The position numbers and the translations under genes are program-made. Under the pieces are notes generated by a model that had not been told where the DNA came from, did not search any database, and saw only the letters and a program-made list of their open reading frames with translations. Below, in pieces: positions 35,726 through 50,180 of a stretch of DNA of 64,000 bases (positions within the stretch are counted from its first letter, which is position 1; each line of letters opens with the position of its first letter). Source of the DNA: the human T2T-CHM13v2.0 reference genome, Homo sapiens. Location of the stretch: the NCBI RefSeq assembly GCF_009914755.1, contig NC_060928.1; one strand, written 5' to 3'.

Positions 35726-36162
35726 GTAATCTCTGGCTGGGCCACAGTTGGGCCAGCTACCAAGACAGCTCCCCAACCCTGACCCCACCAAGTGATCTGG
35801 GGACACCAGGAGCTGTAAGCACTTTTTCAAATAAGAGAAGAAACTCTAAACAAGACTTCTGATGGGATGAGGAGAACAGTGTGTTAGAGAAATGATACAT
35901 GTTGAGATGTTTTAATAACCTTATTAGGTTATTCGGTTCTTATCAATATGGTTTAGTGGACTTATATGCCTACTTTTATTTTATATTTTTAATTGAGATC
36001 TAGTTGAAATTCTTAATATCATAATAGTCTCTTGAGGTGGGAGTAGTCATAATATAATTTAATTTGTTTGTTTATACTTGGCCATTTTTTCAATAGAGAT
36101 TATAAGTTTAAAAAGTAAATGTCTAAATAATTTTTTTAAATGCAGAAATGGAAGATGGGAGT

Positions 36163-36542
36163 TGTATTAGTCTGTTTTCACACTGCCATATAGAACTACC
36201 TGAGACTGGATAATTTATGAAGAAAAGAGGTTTCATTGACTCACAGTTCTGCGTGGCTGGAGAGGCCTCAGGAAACTTACAATCATGGCAGAAGGCAAAG
36301 GGGAAGCAAGATACGTCTTACATGGTGTCTGGAGAGAGAGAGAGTGAGAGAGAGAGATAATGAAGGGGGAAGTGCCACTTTTAAACCATCAGATCTCATG
36401 AGAACTCACTCACTATCATGAGAACAGCATGGGGGAAACTGCCCCCATGATCCAATCACCTCCCACCAGGTCCCTCCCTCGACACGTGGGGATTACAATT
36501 TGACATTAGATTTGAGTCAGGACACAGAGCCAAATCATATCA
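36163..36542 (-). mobile_element. THE1D/MSTA MaLR solo LTR
   Basis: tgtattagtctgttttcacactg...ggcctcaggaaacttacaatcatggcagaagg...acacagagccaaatcatatca. Confidence 0.88.
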
Positions 36543-39501
36543 GGGTTAATGATGAAAACAAAGACAAGGGACAGAGATATGAGTTTGTCTTCAGGAGAAT
36601 AGATAATTAGATGTGCCCAGAAACTAAGGCAGGGTGTGTAGTGGCAGGGAAATCTGAAAAGGCAGATAGACCAGGGGAAGGTCTTGGATGTCATGCCAGG
36701 GAGATGTGATAGCTACTCTCTGCAGCTAAACATAACGGGGGGTCAGTGATGAGAATCAGAAGGTGAGCCAATCTGAGGGGCAGCTGATATGCTCCTTTCT
36801 TTCACACCCTTGGTTAGACTTTCAGTAAAATCATTTGCAGGAAAATGATTGAGGTTAAAAAGGCTAAGTTCATGGTATTAATCAGATGTGCAGGCTAAAT
36901 GAGCACTCGGGCCATATGCAGGTCCTATGTGGAGGAGGCTGATGGTCGTCTCCATTCCAGGTAATGGTCAGAAGCGGAGCTCATGGGGTTGTGGAAACCA
37001 TGTTGAAAGGAAACACTAATACTGTTTATGCCACAGAGATATGAGTGTAGCAGAGCCTGTTTTGTGATCAGCCATGTTATAGAATATGGAAGGCAGAATA
37101 GCTTCCGAGTTTGGCTTGGAGGCTCTTTGGTGTCTACAGAAATATCACCTGCATGTCTATATCCTCAGCATCAAGGGCTGCACAAAGTTCTGAGCATTGT
37201 TGAACAAGTGTGTGATGAATGAATGAATGAGAATACTACCAGTTGGTGGTCCTTCAAAGACCAGTGTTTCAATAGAAGTCTCAGCCATAAAACAGAAAAG
37301 AACCCTTAGTGTTTATAGCTTATCATGTTCAGTTTACCTGTTACTTTAAAACAGGTTCAAAGTGGGAACATACAAATACCTTTATAAGTGTCTAATGGTT
37401 GGGCAATTTAGGTAAACTGCTGAAATTTTAATTTGATGAAATTATTGAATGTCTTTACTCCTTTCTTTTATCCCATCAAAGAGATCTCCTGCTAGTGCTC
37501 GTGACAGATTTGCCTTTAAAAGGCAACTAATTTCCCCTAGGTTTTACTCCTTCCTCTGTACCACCTCCATCCCCTGAAATACACACATACCACATACATA
37601 TGACTTTTCTGGGGGGAGGGCATTTTCCTTTCTCCCATGCCCGTTGTTTTAATTGGTGATGCTAATGCTAGTTTAGGGCATTTTGAAATGGGTAATGTTT
37701 CATTTGATTAGTGGTTTACGTAGCTCACTGCTTCACATTCCATCCACATATCTACACACAAATGCCTCTAGTAGAAAGTTGCTGGGAAAATTTGTTCATG
37801 CTCCCTCCAGGGAATTAAACCAATTTGCTTTAGTTCAGGCTGGTTGCATTTTTATGCATAAAATAAGGAGAAAAAAAAAACAGAGCAAAAGGAGAGAGAG
37901 AGAGTGGATCTTAAAAATTAAAGCCAAAGTTGTGATCAATTTTCATATACTGTCTTGGCACTAAGATTATCTTTCCAGATAAGCTTTCTCAGCTTTGGAA
38001 TTTTTTGCAATATTCATGCTTGTACCACTTTTGGTGACTTTTCACCACTGACCTTGGAAGTCAGTCACTCAGCTGGTGCTCTTCCAATACGTGCTAAACT
38101 TTTCAAAAAGAAGCCTGCCATTTTATGGTAACAACAGGTTTTTCTGGATTGATTCCTCTTGGCAGGGTCATTTATGTGATGATTGGGATAAGTTGCCACT
38201 TTATTGGCCCATTAAAACCCAAAGAAACTGAGTGCTGTGCTGAGGAAACTAATTACCAGAAATCACCTGATTAATATTCATGTTCACTATGTTGAATAAA
38301 GGGCAGAGTTGAAAAAAAGTAGCAGTTAAACATGGCTCTTCAACAAAAGAGTACAAGCAGGTAAACCAGAGGGAGTAAAGGAAAACACTTAGTCCTGCCT
38401 GAGAATCTTACCCATAGGGGCCCTTATCATTTTCTCTTTTCTCTTGAGTTTAGGGGTATATGCACAAACACAAACATGCATATAAACACATGTGCATATG
38501 TTAATACTATTGTTACATATTTTGCATGATTAAACTGAATAATGTTGTAATTATAGGCCACATGATGCACTCCATACTAGTCCCTGCTTCATTTCCCCTG
38601 CCTTTACAACTCCAGAGTTTGATGCTTTGACCACTGTACATTAAGGCTTAGCACTAGCCTGTTTTTATATGAACCTAAACCGGAGACAGATGTAGGTTGC
38701 CTTTTTTCACAGCAGGTAGGGCCATAGAGTGATCACCCTGTTAGTACCCAAAGCTCACATTTTAGTTCTGGCACTCAGACTTCTGCTTTAACCCCTATGT
38801 GTCCTTTGCCAACACCTGGATCTGATTAACATCCCCTCTTGCCCATCCTACCCCACTCTTCTTGACTCTGCAGTCCTAGCATTGGCCTTGTACTTTGGTT
38901 CCTGCCGCTTGCCCTGCTCTCACCCATTTCCAGGAATTAATAGCCCACTGCTTAATTACCTGGAGACTGATGGCCAGGCTTTATCCATGTATGGATGCTC
39001 CTTGCTCCCCCTCCCCACCTTCCCCACCACAATACTTGACCTTGCACTCTTCCTGCCTGTCTCTTTGGTATCACTTGCCTTGGATTTACTCTGTTCCCTC
39101 ACCAGAACAGTGGTTCCATTGAGTCATCTTAAAAACTCAGGTATTAAATCTAAACTGGATCCAGGTGGAACTCGCCAGGTCCTGAGAACATTCTTTCTTG
39201 CTTGTCTTGCCCCTCTGTTCAATCAGCCTCTGTTCCACTCTGGTGGGACCACTGAACTGTGCACACAAATCTTAGATACGGGAGTCCATAAGAAAAAAAG
39301 CTAAAACAACCAACAACACGCACCATGTAAGATTATGTTAAAATGAGTAATTTTAACGTAAGGTTAAAATTATAAGGTTACAACTCATAAGGTTGTAATC
39401 TTTGAAAAGAGAAAGAGTACGATTTAGCCCATTTTTATACGTGTATCAATGTTTTGTTTGTCTACTTAAAACTTATTTTATTCACAAAGGCCTGAGGATA
39501 G

Positions 39502-40266
<765 letters not shown>

Positions 40267-40400
40267 TAATCTTGCCTCTGTCACTTACCTATTCTTTAAC
40301 TCCACTCTTCAATTGCCTTATGGGTAAAACAGGGACATAATATCTGCCACATTGCACTGCTATGAAGATGAATGAGTGAATTCACATATTCCATTTAGGG

Positions 40401-40713
40401 CAGCAGTCCCCAACCTTTTTGGCACGAGGTACTGGTTTCATGGAAGACAATTTTTCCATGGACCGGGGAGCTGGGGGTGGCTTCGGGATGAAACTGTTCC
40501 AGCTCAGATCATCAGGCATTAGTTAGATTCTCATAAGCAGCTGCAACCTAGATCCCTCACATAGGCAGTTCACAATAGGGTTTGCACTCACTCCTATGAG
40601 GCAGAGCTTGGTGACAATGCTGCCTCACCCACTGCTTGCCTCCTGTTGTGTGGCCCAGTTTCTAACAGGCCACACACTGAAACTGATCTGTGCCTGGGGG
40701 TTGGGGACCGCTG
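40401..40713 (+). mobile_element. MER1B (hAT-Charlie)
   Basis: Terminal repeats cagcagtccccaacc / ggttggggaccgctg; degenerate 8-bp TSD atttaggg/gtttagga. Confidence 0.85.
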
Positions 40714-41094
40714 GTTTAGGAGATGGTACCTGGTGTCTAGAAAGCCCTTCATATAAGTTTAGAGACTTGGGTTCTGCTTTCTATTGTCCTTCTTCCTTGT
40801 TCCTTTTATTTCATTTCCCCTTTCATTCTTTTTTGACCATTGTTCTAGGTCCTGAGTACATGAAGTGTATAAAGTAAATAAGATTCAGTCTTTGCCTATA
40901 GTGAGCTCACAGTCAAGGCAGGTTAGTTGTTGCTTATAGAGATGTAAAATAAAACAAAACAAACAAAAACAAAATCCAAAAGCCTTTGAAGTTTATTCTA
41001 TATCTGAGTGCTGTATGGTCTCAGATTTTGAGACGTAAAGAATCAAACAACTGAACATTTTACAGGATTATAAGGGATAGGATTATTTTGAATG

Positions 41095-41290
41095 GCACCT
41101 CTACCACTTGCTGCAAGAGGGCTTTGGCAAACCATTTAACCTCTCTGAACTTCAATTTTTTCAGCTGCAAAATGGGGACGATATTATCTACTTTAAACCA
41201 TTATTATGAAGGTTAGAAAAGCTGTTTGAAATGTATAAATACATTATGCCTGGCCTTAGTATGTGGACTGTAAAAGGCAGCTATTGATAT
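41095..41290 (+). mobile_element. MIR fragment
   Basis: tttggcaaaccatttaacctctctgaac...ctgcaaaatgggga. Confidence 0.7.
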
Positions 41291-42189
41291 TATTGAAACC
41301 ATTCCTTTATTTTTCAACCTATAGAGATAAAAACCAAATAGCTTTCATTAAGTAACAAAAAGCTTTCTGCCATTAATGTCTCATCTAAATAAAATCTGCT
41401 TTTATATGTTATGGAGAAGTAAATATATAGAGAACAGTATACTGTATTCTTTATAGCAAATTAAAATCCCTTTTTCTTTTAAAAAGGAAAGAAAATTTTA
41501 AGTGCTCAGATTAAACAATGAGAATCTATGATTATTTGTTTCTTAGCCAATATTGTGACATATTTAGAGGAAAAGTTTATAATAAAAAAACCTATAAAAT
41601 TTACAACTAGGATGTTGACCTAGTTGAGATTTAAAAGCTGTGGCCTGAGCAGAGGACCTTCTGAAGTTAATTATTTGTTGGAACGATGGTTGACTGGAGC
41701 AGGCAGTCATTTGCAGAAATGAAACACTGACCTTGCAAAGCCAGGTCCAAAGCAGCAGGGATTTAATGGGTCTTGGTGTTGTGTTCCAACACATGACTTA
41801 TCCCAGCCTGGCTGTGCCCTGGGTGGACCTCTTGACAATGGCACCTATGAAACTACTGTTCTGAAATCCAGGAGCCCTCCTCGCAAGACAGGGGCCCCCC
41901 TTTCTCTGTTGGGATAGTCATGGCCAAGCTGGTGTCACCTCCATGGCCCTTGCAACATACCCCAGGATTGGAGGGTTAGTCTCAGTTTCATTGCCGGGTC
42001 ACATACTCAGTTTAGGGGCCCTGCATGTTTCTACCACTGCCTTCACTCATTTTGTTCTACTCTTTAAATCCTATGCATTGTTCAGAACTTCTTTGGCATT
42101 CTACAGCAATTATGGTCCCTTACTAAATTGCTGACTGTCTCATAAAGGTGACTTGTTGCTTCAAGTGGTATCTCCTGTCTCTTCGATTC

Positions 42190-42440
42190 TGTTCATGCAT
42201 AAATATTTGTGGAGCCTCTTCTATGTACCACGCCCTGTCCCAGACACCAGAGATACAGAGTGAAGCAGACAGAAAACTTCCCTCTAGTTAAGGAACTTAA
42301 CTTCCTCAATGGGAGGAGAGTGCCTCTAAACAAATAAACAAGATAATATTAAATACTTAGATAGTTATCATTATATGAAATTATTATTATCAGTGCTATA
42401 AAGATACCTTACAGGGGAATATGATAGGAAATGATCAGTC
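42190..42440 (-). mobile_element. L2 fragment
   Basis: aaatatttgtggagc...ctatgtacca...gatacagagtgaagcagacaga. Confidence 0.6.
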
Positions 42441-44059
42441 ATTGGGGCAGGGACATGCCGTATACTTCTGAATTTCACATGGTGCTAAGTATATCTGTGG
42501 CCCTCTGGAATAATTTTTGATAGAAAAAATGTGATAAACCATTGCATAGAGAGCAATCAACAGAAATGTACAGGCATGACTAAACTTTGGCTTACAGATG
42601 ACCTATCTTCCATTTGGCTTCCACTATTTGCTCCTTGTCAGCAATTTCTGGCTAGTGGTGGCCTCAGGATAATTACAGACTCTCTATTTTTCTCACCCCT
42701 CTTTTTCTTCTCTTTTCCTCATGTTTAACATAGTTGTGGGCTTTATTAGAGTTGGGAATGTGACTTATAAAATCAACTGTCTTCAAAACTTGGGTCGTGT
42801 CCATGGAGTATTTCAGGCCATTCAGAAGGGAAGACAATAGGATTGCCTTCCTAGAATGTAAGTTTTTTTGAGTAAACAAGACCCAATGAGGCAGGTGACA
42901 ACAGTGTTCCAAGGCCCCTCTCTCTTTGGATATTATATTCATATGCAGAATAAATGGAGAGAAGAGGGGAAAACAGCTGGTGGTGTTGTGTCTGGGACCT
43001 TTGCTTTGGCAGGAAGCTGGCTGTGTTTGGCATTTGTCTTTGCCACTTCTAGACCCTTGCTGTGTATGCCAGAAGACAAATGACAGAACAAAAGTATCAC
43101 ATACCAGCAGAGAAAGCCTGCCACAGATGCCACAGAGTTTATCTTTCAGACAGATCCCATTCTTCCCGACAAATCTGAACCCCAAAGTATTTCAGCTATG
43201 GATTACAAACTAGTGACAAGTCTTCTGGCTTTCTGCCCAGTTTGGAAGGTTCTCAGTTATTTTAGCTAGACTGTATGGCATACGTTCTTTCTCTTCTCCA
43301 TTCCCCACCCAAGCACTGTCCCTGTTCTGCCCTCCCCTGCTTCTATGCTGCTCACAGAGCTAACAGCACCTCCTTGTTGTTGCTGCTGAGATCTGAGCAG
43401 CTGTGTTAGTGCAGCCAGGAGGTCTGAAAACTCTCCCCATCAAAAGGTTGTTTTGGTTTGCGGTCCCGCCTTTGGCTCTTCAGTTTCAGTAGACATCACT
43501 GGAGTAGACAATAGGCATTTAATTAACAGGGGCCACTGGGTGTAGGATTGGGGAGGGAACACAGGGAGTCCTAGCAGCTGTGGATTTTCAGTGGTCACAG
43601 AGGATGAGTAGAAGCTGAGAAGCTGGTGGTCTTGAAAACCCTTGGATTATACCTATGTTGTCGATTTAGGAATATAGGTAGAGGGGCAGGAAATAGAAGA
43701 GATAACTTTACCAGATACTCCTGATGAGCTGAATGTCTTGCTTTGTCCTCTGACTTATGAAGCAATGAAAGGTCCATGTGGACCTGCCAAAGCCTTCATT
43801 GGCTGGGAAGTAATTTCCTTTGGTTCAAGTTCTGTGTCTACCAAAGACCCTGCTAAAAATTCAAATATATTACTCAAGACGGGTAAATCATTCAGCTGTA
43901 TCACAATCATGGTTAATAGGTTAACAAGTTATTTACCTAGCATGTACCTTAGGGAAAAGGACTATAGCTTTCCTCCCTCCATCATTAGGAAAATTACCAA
44001 AATTCCCCCCAAATACCAAATGAATTTATGTTTATTCCAAAAAAAAATAATTAAAGTCA

Positions 44060-44920
44060 ATAAAATATAAGGTATAATAAAAAGTCAGCTAAAATTTCTA
44101 ACTCAAACTCCCCTAAATCACTACTGTTAGTATTTTGGTGTATGTCTTCCTAATTTATAAAGATATCTTTTTGTGTGTCTATACACATACACTTTTTTTT
44201 TCAAAACTAAAATCATACTCTATTTACAGTTTTATTGCTTGCTTGCTTTATGTTATTACTTATCCTTCTACAACATCTTTTTAAACCTGTTGTATAATTT
44301 TCCATCTCTGGCTATGCAATCATTCATTTAGCCAATCCTCTATGGTTTGATATTTGTTCCCAATTTTTTTAATTATATGTAACCATGATGTAAACATTTT
44401 TAGTAGAAATTGTGGTAAATATTTTTGAATCAATTTTTAGACATGTGACTACCGGGTCCAAAGGTTTATGTACAGTGTTTAAGCTTTTTGACACAGAGTA
44501 ACATATTATACTCTTTTAAGAAAGTTGTACTAATTTGTACTCTTACCAGAAATGTATAAGGGTGCCTACTTGCCAGCACTCTTGTCAACACTAGGTATTA
44601 CAAGCCTTCTTAAATTGTCAATTTGATTGATGTAAAATGAAATCTTGTTTAATTTTTATCTTTTACCTATTTTGGGGATTCTTATGAAGCATGTGGAGTT
44701 AATCATGCTTGTCAGTTGATGGCCCATTTTCATCATTGGTCTGGGCCAAGCTATTCTCTTGCTTATTTGTCTGCCCATCCATCTGCCTGTCTATTCCTTT
44801 TGTTATCATGCCCTATTCCCATTCTCCTTCTTCCCAGCTCCCCTTTTAAATAACTACACTAATGTGATTTAGTGTGTACTTTTTGTATGTATATTCTCTT
44901 ATTGTTTTGTATGCCTGGGT
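44060..44920 (-). mobile_element. Old L1M(E) 3' region fragments
   Basis: aaagttgtactaatttgtactcttaccag...tgtataagggtgcc...cactcttgtcaacactaggtatt. Boundaries approximate. Confidence 0.55.
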
Positions 44921-44936
44921 AGATATTTCCTTCTTT

Positions 44937-45237
44937 TTTTTTTTTTTTAGATGGAGTCTCACTCTGTCACCCAGGCTGTAGTACAGTGGCGCAATCTTGG
45001 CTCACTGTAACCTCCGCCTGCCCAGGTTCGAACGATTCTCCTGCCTCAGCCTTCTGAGTAGCTGGGACTACAGGGGTGTGCCACCACACCTGGCTAATTT
45101 TATTTTTTTGTATTTTTAGTAGAGACAGGATTTCACCATGTTGGCCAGGCTGGTCTTGAACTCGTGACCTCTAGTGATCCACCCGCGTTGGCCTCCCAAA
45201 CTGCTGGGATTACAGGCACAAGCCACCAAACTCAGCC
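44937..45237 (-). mobile_element. AluS element
   Basis: Full dimer; perfect 16-bp TSD AGATATTTCCTTCTTT at 44921-44936 and 45238-45253. Confidence 0.93.
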
Positions 45238-45303
45238 AGATATTTCCTTCTTTCTTGACTTTTTTTTTTCTCACTAAGCAGTGTTTCTAGGATGCATACA
45301 TGT

Positions 45304-45333
45304 TATTAGGTGGTGCAAAAGTAATTGCAGTTT
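45304..45333. mobile_element. Half MADE1 (single Hsmar1 terminal repeat)
   Basis: tattaggtggtgcaaaagtaattgcagttt. Confidence 0.7.
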
Positions 45334-47094
45334 AAAAATATAATGTGCATGTCTCATCCAGTGCATCTAGTTGCTGCTCTCCTGTTTGGTTTGCATATCT
45401 CCAGCTTTTGATGATGCTGAAGATTTTTTTTACGTGTTTGTACTTTTTTCTATTATGAAGTTCCTCAAGCACTTACGAGTTTTCAGAATATGTGGAGACC
45501 AGACATTCCCATTTCAGGTGTAAAGCCTTCAATTGGCAAAGGGAGGCAGTAGCAGGCAGAGGCCCAGTCTGGGAAGGGACAGAAGATTGGAGTAAAAGGA
45601 TCAAAAATGGTGATGGCTCAGATCTCTTTGGAACTTCTTTTAAATTAGCCTGGAGTTTTAGCGTCTCAGGCAACCAGCCTTGGCCTCTTGTGGGGCTGTG
45701 ACTGGGGAGGAGGAAGTGGTCTTTCAGGAATCAGAGCCTCACCAAGGTATTTCCAATCACTTTCAAAGAGCTTTTGCTGTTGTTTTGTAGAGGTTGCAAG
45801 GAAAGAACTGCTAAGTGTGAAGCCCCTGGGCGAGGCTGGAGCCCATTCGTATAGCTGCTGGCCAAATCCCTGCAGGCTGTAATTCTTCCCTTCCCTTCCT
45901 TTCTAAGTGAGCCAACCTTTCCTGTAGTCTTTTCCATCCTTCCCCCTTCTGTCTTGTGTTGCACTTTAATTTGCTCCCTTTAAAATTACTTTGATTTTGA
46001 CAGCAGTTGAGACAAACTGCAGCTCTCCCCATGCCATTCATGTGATCACACACAAAATTCTCTGCTTTTCCAAACTTGCCATCTCTCCATGTCCTCGTGA
46101 ACTAGGTACAACAAATATTATTATTTCCACTTTACAAATTAGGAAACCAAGGAACAGTGAAGTTGAGTTCAAGACAGAAAAAATTTTTCATTCAACAAGA
46201 GCTTCTTATTGAAAATTTACCCACTGTCTCCTGATAATACTTCAAAACTTGGCGAGTACTACCTAGTCATTTGTGAGATGAGAATGAAAGCTGGCAGTTG
46301 CCACAAACTGGATAATAACAGAATGAAGGAATTTGATTTGCATATATCACACCTGCTTGTGCCTGAAGTTAGGGCTTTTTCTGTGCAGTTGTGAGTAAAA
46401 ACATCTTGGCAGTTTGAAAATATGAACTGCAGCCTCACTGATGAATCTCAGAGGAACTACAGATCAATTGTGCTAATTCTCTGGAAACTTACTCCAAACA
46501 GCCACAGAAAAGAGGAAATGGGTGTCGGTGTCCACTGCTCTGGGTCTGGGAAGGCTTTGTGGAAAATAAGGTGCTTACACGAAGTGCTTTTAATGTTTCC
46601 CTGGAAAAGGGCTGCATTTTATTCTTAGAGAGACATAGCTTAAAACATTTTTAAAGCAATCTTCTATTTCAAAAGTATCAAATACAAAAAGATGTGTGTT
46701 ATTTTTAGAGTAGGGTTTTAGTAAAGAATTGCCAAAAGAAAAGTAATTTGTTCCTTTTCATTTTCGAAATGAGTTGCTCAAGAAGCCAACCACATGTCTG
46801 GTTATGCTCCAGAAAAGTCAGGGACCTTACCAAATAAATTATCTGTTACATGTGAGATAAAAAGATAGCTTTCTCTTATTCACCCTCTTTTAACATTTAT
46901 TGCCACAATGTTCACAATATATAATTTAAGCCCTGTGTGATCTGAAATGTATCACTAAGAGAAATTATGGTGAAAAGTCAGGGAGTGACCTCTTATTTTT
47001 TATAATAACCCAAATATAATAAAAGCCATATGTGAGAGATAAGCTGTGGTAGCATATGTTCAGTGTTAGAAATTAGAAATCAATTGCAAACACA

Positions 47095-47185
47095 GTGGGA
47101 TTTTTGCTAAATCAGTAGATTATAGCTGTTCTTGCCACTCAAGGGAAAATGGGTAACTATATGGGAAGATGGGTATGTTAATTTG

Positions 47186-47243
<58 letters not shown>

Positions 47244-47605
47244 ACTAATCCTCTTTATATATATATATTTTAAGGTATATGACATGATATTATAAGGTAT
47301 GTGTATATATATTTAAGGTATATAACATATTATAAGGTGCATATATATATACCTTATATAAAATATAAAATATAAGGTACAGATATATACTTAGCCTTAT
47401 AAAATATAAGGTGTATTAAACATAAATGTATATTATTAAATATATAAGGTACATATTTAAGGTATACAATGTGATATTATAAGGTGTATATATATATATA
47501 TGCACACACACCTTTTTATAGTGATGTGTATATAAATATAAATACACACACCTTATAATATCATGTTGTATACCTTAAATATACACAATACAATTTATTT
47601 TAAAG
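47095..47605 (+). mobile_element. L1MA-type 3' end containing a (CT)n(AT)n microsatellite and an AT-rich expansion
   Basis: atttttgctaaatcagtagatt...ggtaactat...atgttaattt and terminal atcatgttgtataccttaaatatac. Confidence 0.7.
47190..47242. repeat. (CT)n(AT)n compound microsatellite
   Basis: Directly visible. Confidence 0.92.
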
Positions 47606-47947
47606 AAACCACAGTGGAAGTATATCATTATAAGAGATGAAAGCTCAGCATATTCCTGTGTTGAAATAAAAATTCTTTCTGCTGTTGTGTCTGGCCATGG
47701 AACATGTCTTTTGTGTAATATATAAAAAAACAGCAGGACCACTGTCATGTTTGGTACTCTATATAGATGCAGCGTCAGTATTTATCATCATAAGCAGATT
47801 TGGACTTCAGCATTTATTAAGTATGTATTACAGCTTCAAGTTTCTCTTAAGTTATATCTTAAGACTATGACCTAGTGGTGAGTTGTTTCCATGTAGAAGG
47901 TAACTGAAAGGATGAATTCCCCATAACCCATTTTAAAAATCTGCTGT

Positions 47948-48470
47948 GCATTCATTTAGCCTACATTTAATGAGTACTGACTAGGTGCCAGACATCAGTC
48001 TGGATACTGGGGGTTTGCAATGACTAAAACATGGTCCCCATTTGGGAGGGTATTGAATTTCACTGAAGACTGAATTCCATTGAGATTGATTCATAACTGA
48101 GTAAGTTAGTACAGTAGGATAAATATGATAAGAGAGGCATATGCAACATGCTGCAGGAACATAGAGAAAGGTTATCAGACAAGTTTAGCAAAGCTTCACA
48201 GAAGTAGTGACAACTTAGGAAATATAAACAGGAAATTATATATAAACAGGATTTTAGGGGCTAAGGAAGGAGCCAGCGACGTTGTGGGCTGGGCGAATCC
48301 TGTGTGGGGCATCAGAACTCATAGATGGGCACATGGCACATGTAGGGTGCCCTGCTTCACAGAATTGGTGTGCAAGGGGAGATAGTGGAAGATGGAGCAG
48401 GAAAGTTAAGGAGAGCTCAGTTTGTGGGGGGCCTGAATGCCATCCCTAAGTCTGTCGATTGAGGCCATCC
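47948..48470 (-). mobile_element. L2 fragment
   Basis: cattcattt...tgagtactgactaggtgccagac...ctggatactgggg. Confidence 0.6.
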
Positions 48471-49689
48471 TGCTCATTCTTTGGTCCCTGTCCTGATTGG
48501 TAACACCGAGGGTGTAGTAAAAATATCTAACAAGCTGTATGGCACAGATGCACATCAGAGAGAAGGAGGGGGACCCCAGACCTTCTCCTGTGTCAGACCT
48601 TTTGTTTGTGGAGCATGGTGTCGGGTGGAGATTCCGGGGATGAAACTCGGGGTGACAGCCATTTATCAACCAGTTTGAAAGTATTTTACTATTTTAACAA
48701 CCAGTATAACTGCATGTCTGCGCTGCTATTCAGCCAGTCACTGAAGAAAGCTAGGGAGCTGTGCTTTAATTTCTTATCTCCTCTATACCTCTGGACAAAG
48801 ATGATTTCATCCCCTACAGATGTCTTGAGTTACTTTCTTTTCTCCCCACTGCCAGAATGAACTCTCTAAAAAGCAGAAGTGATCATTCCACTGCCCTGAT
48901 TAAAACTTTCCATGGCATGAAGTCCAAGGTCCGTACTCTGGCCCATCTGAAGTTGGAAGTCTGACCCCTGTTGTCTTTTCAGCCTCACTTTCCATTCATC
49001 ATTTCCTTGGCACTTATGCCCCAGTGCAGTTTGCACAATGTCACCAGTGCACCTAGGCAACAGAGTGTTCTAAGTGTTCCTGCAGCAGACCTCAGATAAC
49101 CTGTGGCTTACCTGTGGCCAGCTGAGAACGTGCCTTACATGTGTCTTTGTGTGCTTCTGTTGAATGTTGATATATCAGCTTGGCATAACTTTTTAGAAAT
49201 GAGAGTGGATTTTTTGTTTGTTTGTTTTGGTAATGACTTTAGATCAACTCCAGAGTGAGTGAGGCAAAGGCATGAACAGTCGTTGACTCTTCAGATGATG
49301 ACTACAGTCAGTAATGAAAGGGTGGTAGAATACATGAATGTCAGGCAGATTTCATGCATGTTAAGGGTAGAATTTGTTACTGAGATCTTTGCATCCACAT
49401 CTTTAACTATAATTTAGTACCAAGTAAATTATAACTAAAACTTATCCAAAGCTTAAGGGTAAGTTTATCCTTAAACTTATCCTGCATATGGACAGTATTC
49501 TCATGTTCTACATTTATAAAATATAAATAAGGAGTTAAATATAAATGAAGTCACTTGAGAGACATTTGTAAAGCAGAAGCAGTGTGCCTTGTACAGTTAA
49601 CAAAATAGAAATGGGCCCTGCCCTCATGGAGCTTACGGTCTCACAAGGGAACCAGATGATAAATAAGGAAACTTTCCTTTGTCTTTGCT

Positions 49690-50180
49690 TCCCACCCAAC
49701 TAGTCCAAGTCCCCTCTCACCTGGGTCATGCAGTAGACTCTGTGCTGGTCTCCTGCTTGCTAGCAGGTCCTTAAACCCTCTCTACATGGCAGCCAGAGAG
49801 TGATTTGAAACATGTCAATCAGATCTTGTGTCTGTCTTGCATGAGCTCATTTATGACTTCACATGGTAATTAGGATAAAAATCCTAACTTCTTTCCTTGG
49901 TCTCCAAGGTCAAATTTGACCAGGCCTCTGCCTATGGCTGCAGCCATGATTCATGCCATGGCCCCCCACTGTGCCTCACCAACTCCAGCCACAGGGGCAG
50001 CCCTCAGTTTCCCCAAATACACGTACCCCTTCCCTCCTCTAGAGCTGCTCGTGATGGTCCAACTCCCTGTGACTGGCTGCCTTTCATCCTTTTGATCTAT
50101 AGTTAGTCCCCACCACCCCCACCACTGTTACTCTTTATTGCAGAGCCCTTTTTAGCACTTATTGCAATTCGTAATCATCC
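49690..50180 (+). mobile_element. L2 fragment
   Basis: ctacatggcagccagagagtgatttgaaacatgtcaatcagatc...aggataaaaatcctaac...actccagccaca. Confidence 0.7.

Noticed and set aside
42673-43213. Cluster of overlapping 60-170 aa ORFs
   Set aside because: No recognisable domain, cysteine pattern or convincing splice boundaries; consistent with chance in intronic DNA.
47190-47600. CRISPR-like repeat-spacer array
   Set aside because: The repeats are degenerate, occur in both orientations with AT-microsatellite spacers, in a mammalian intron with no cas genes.
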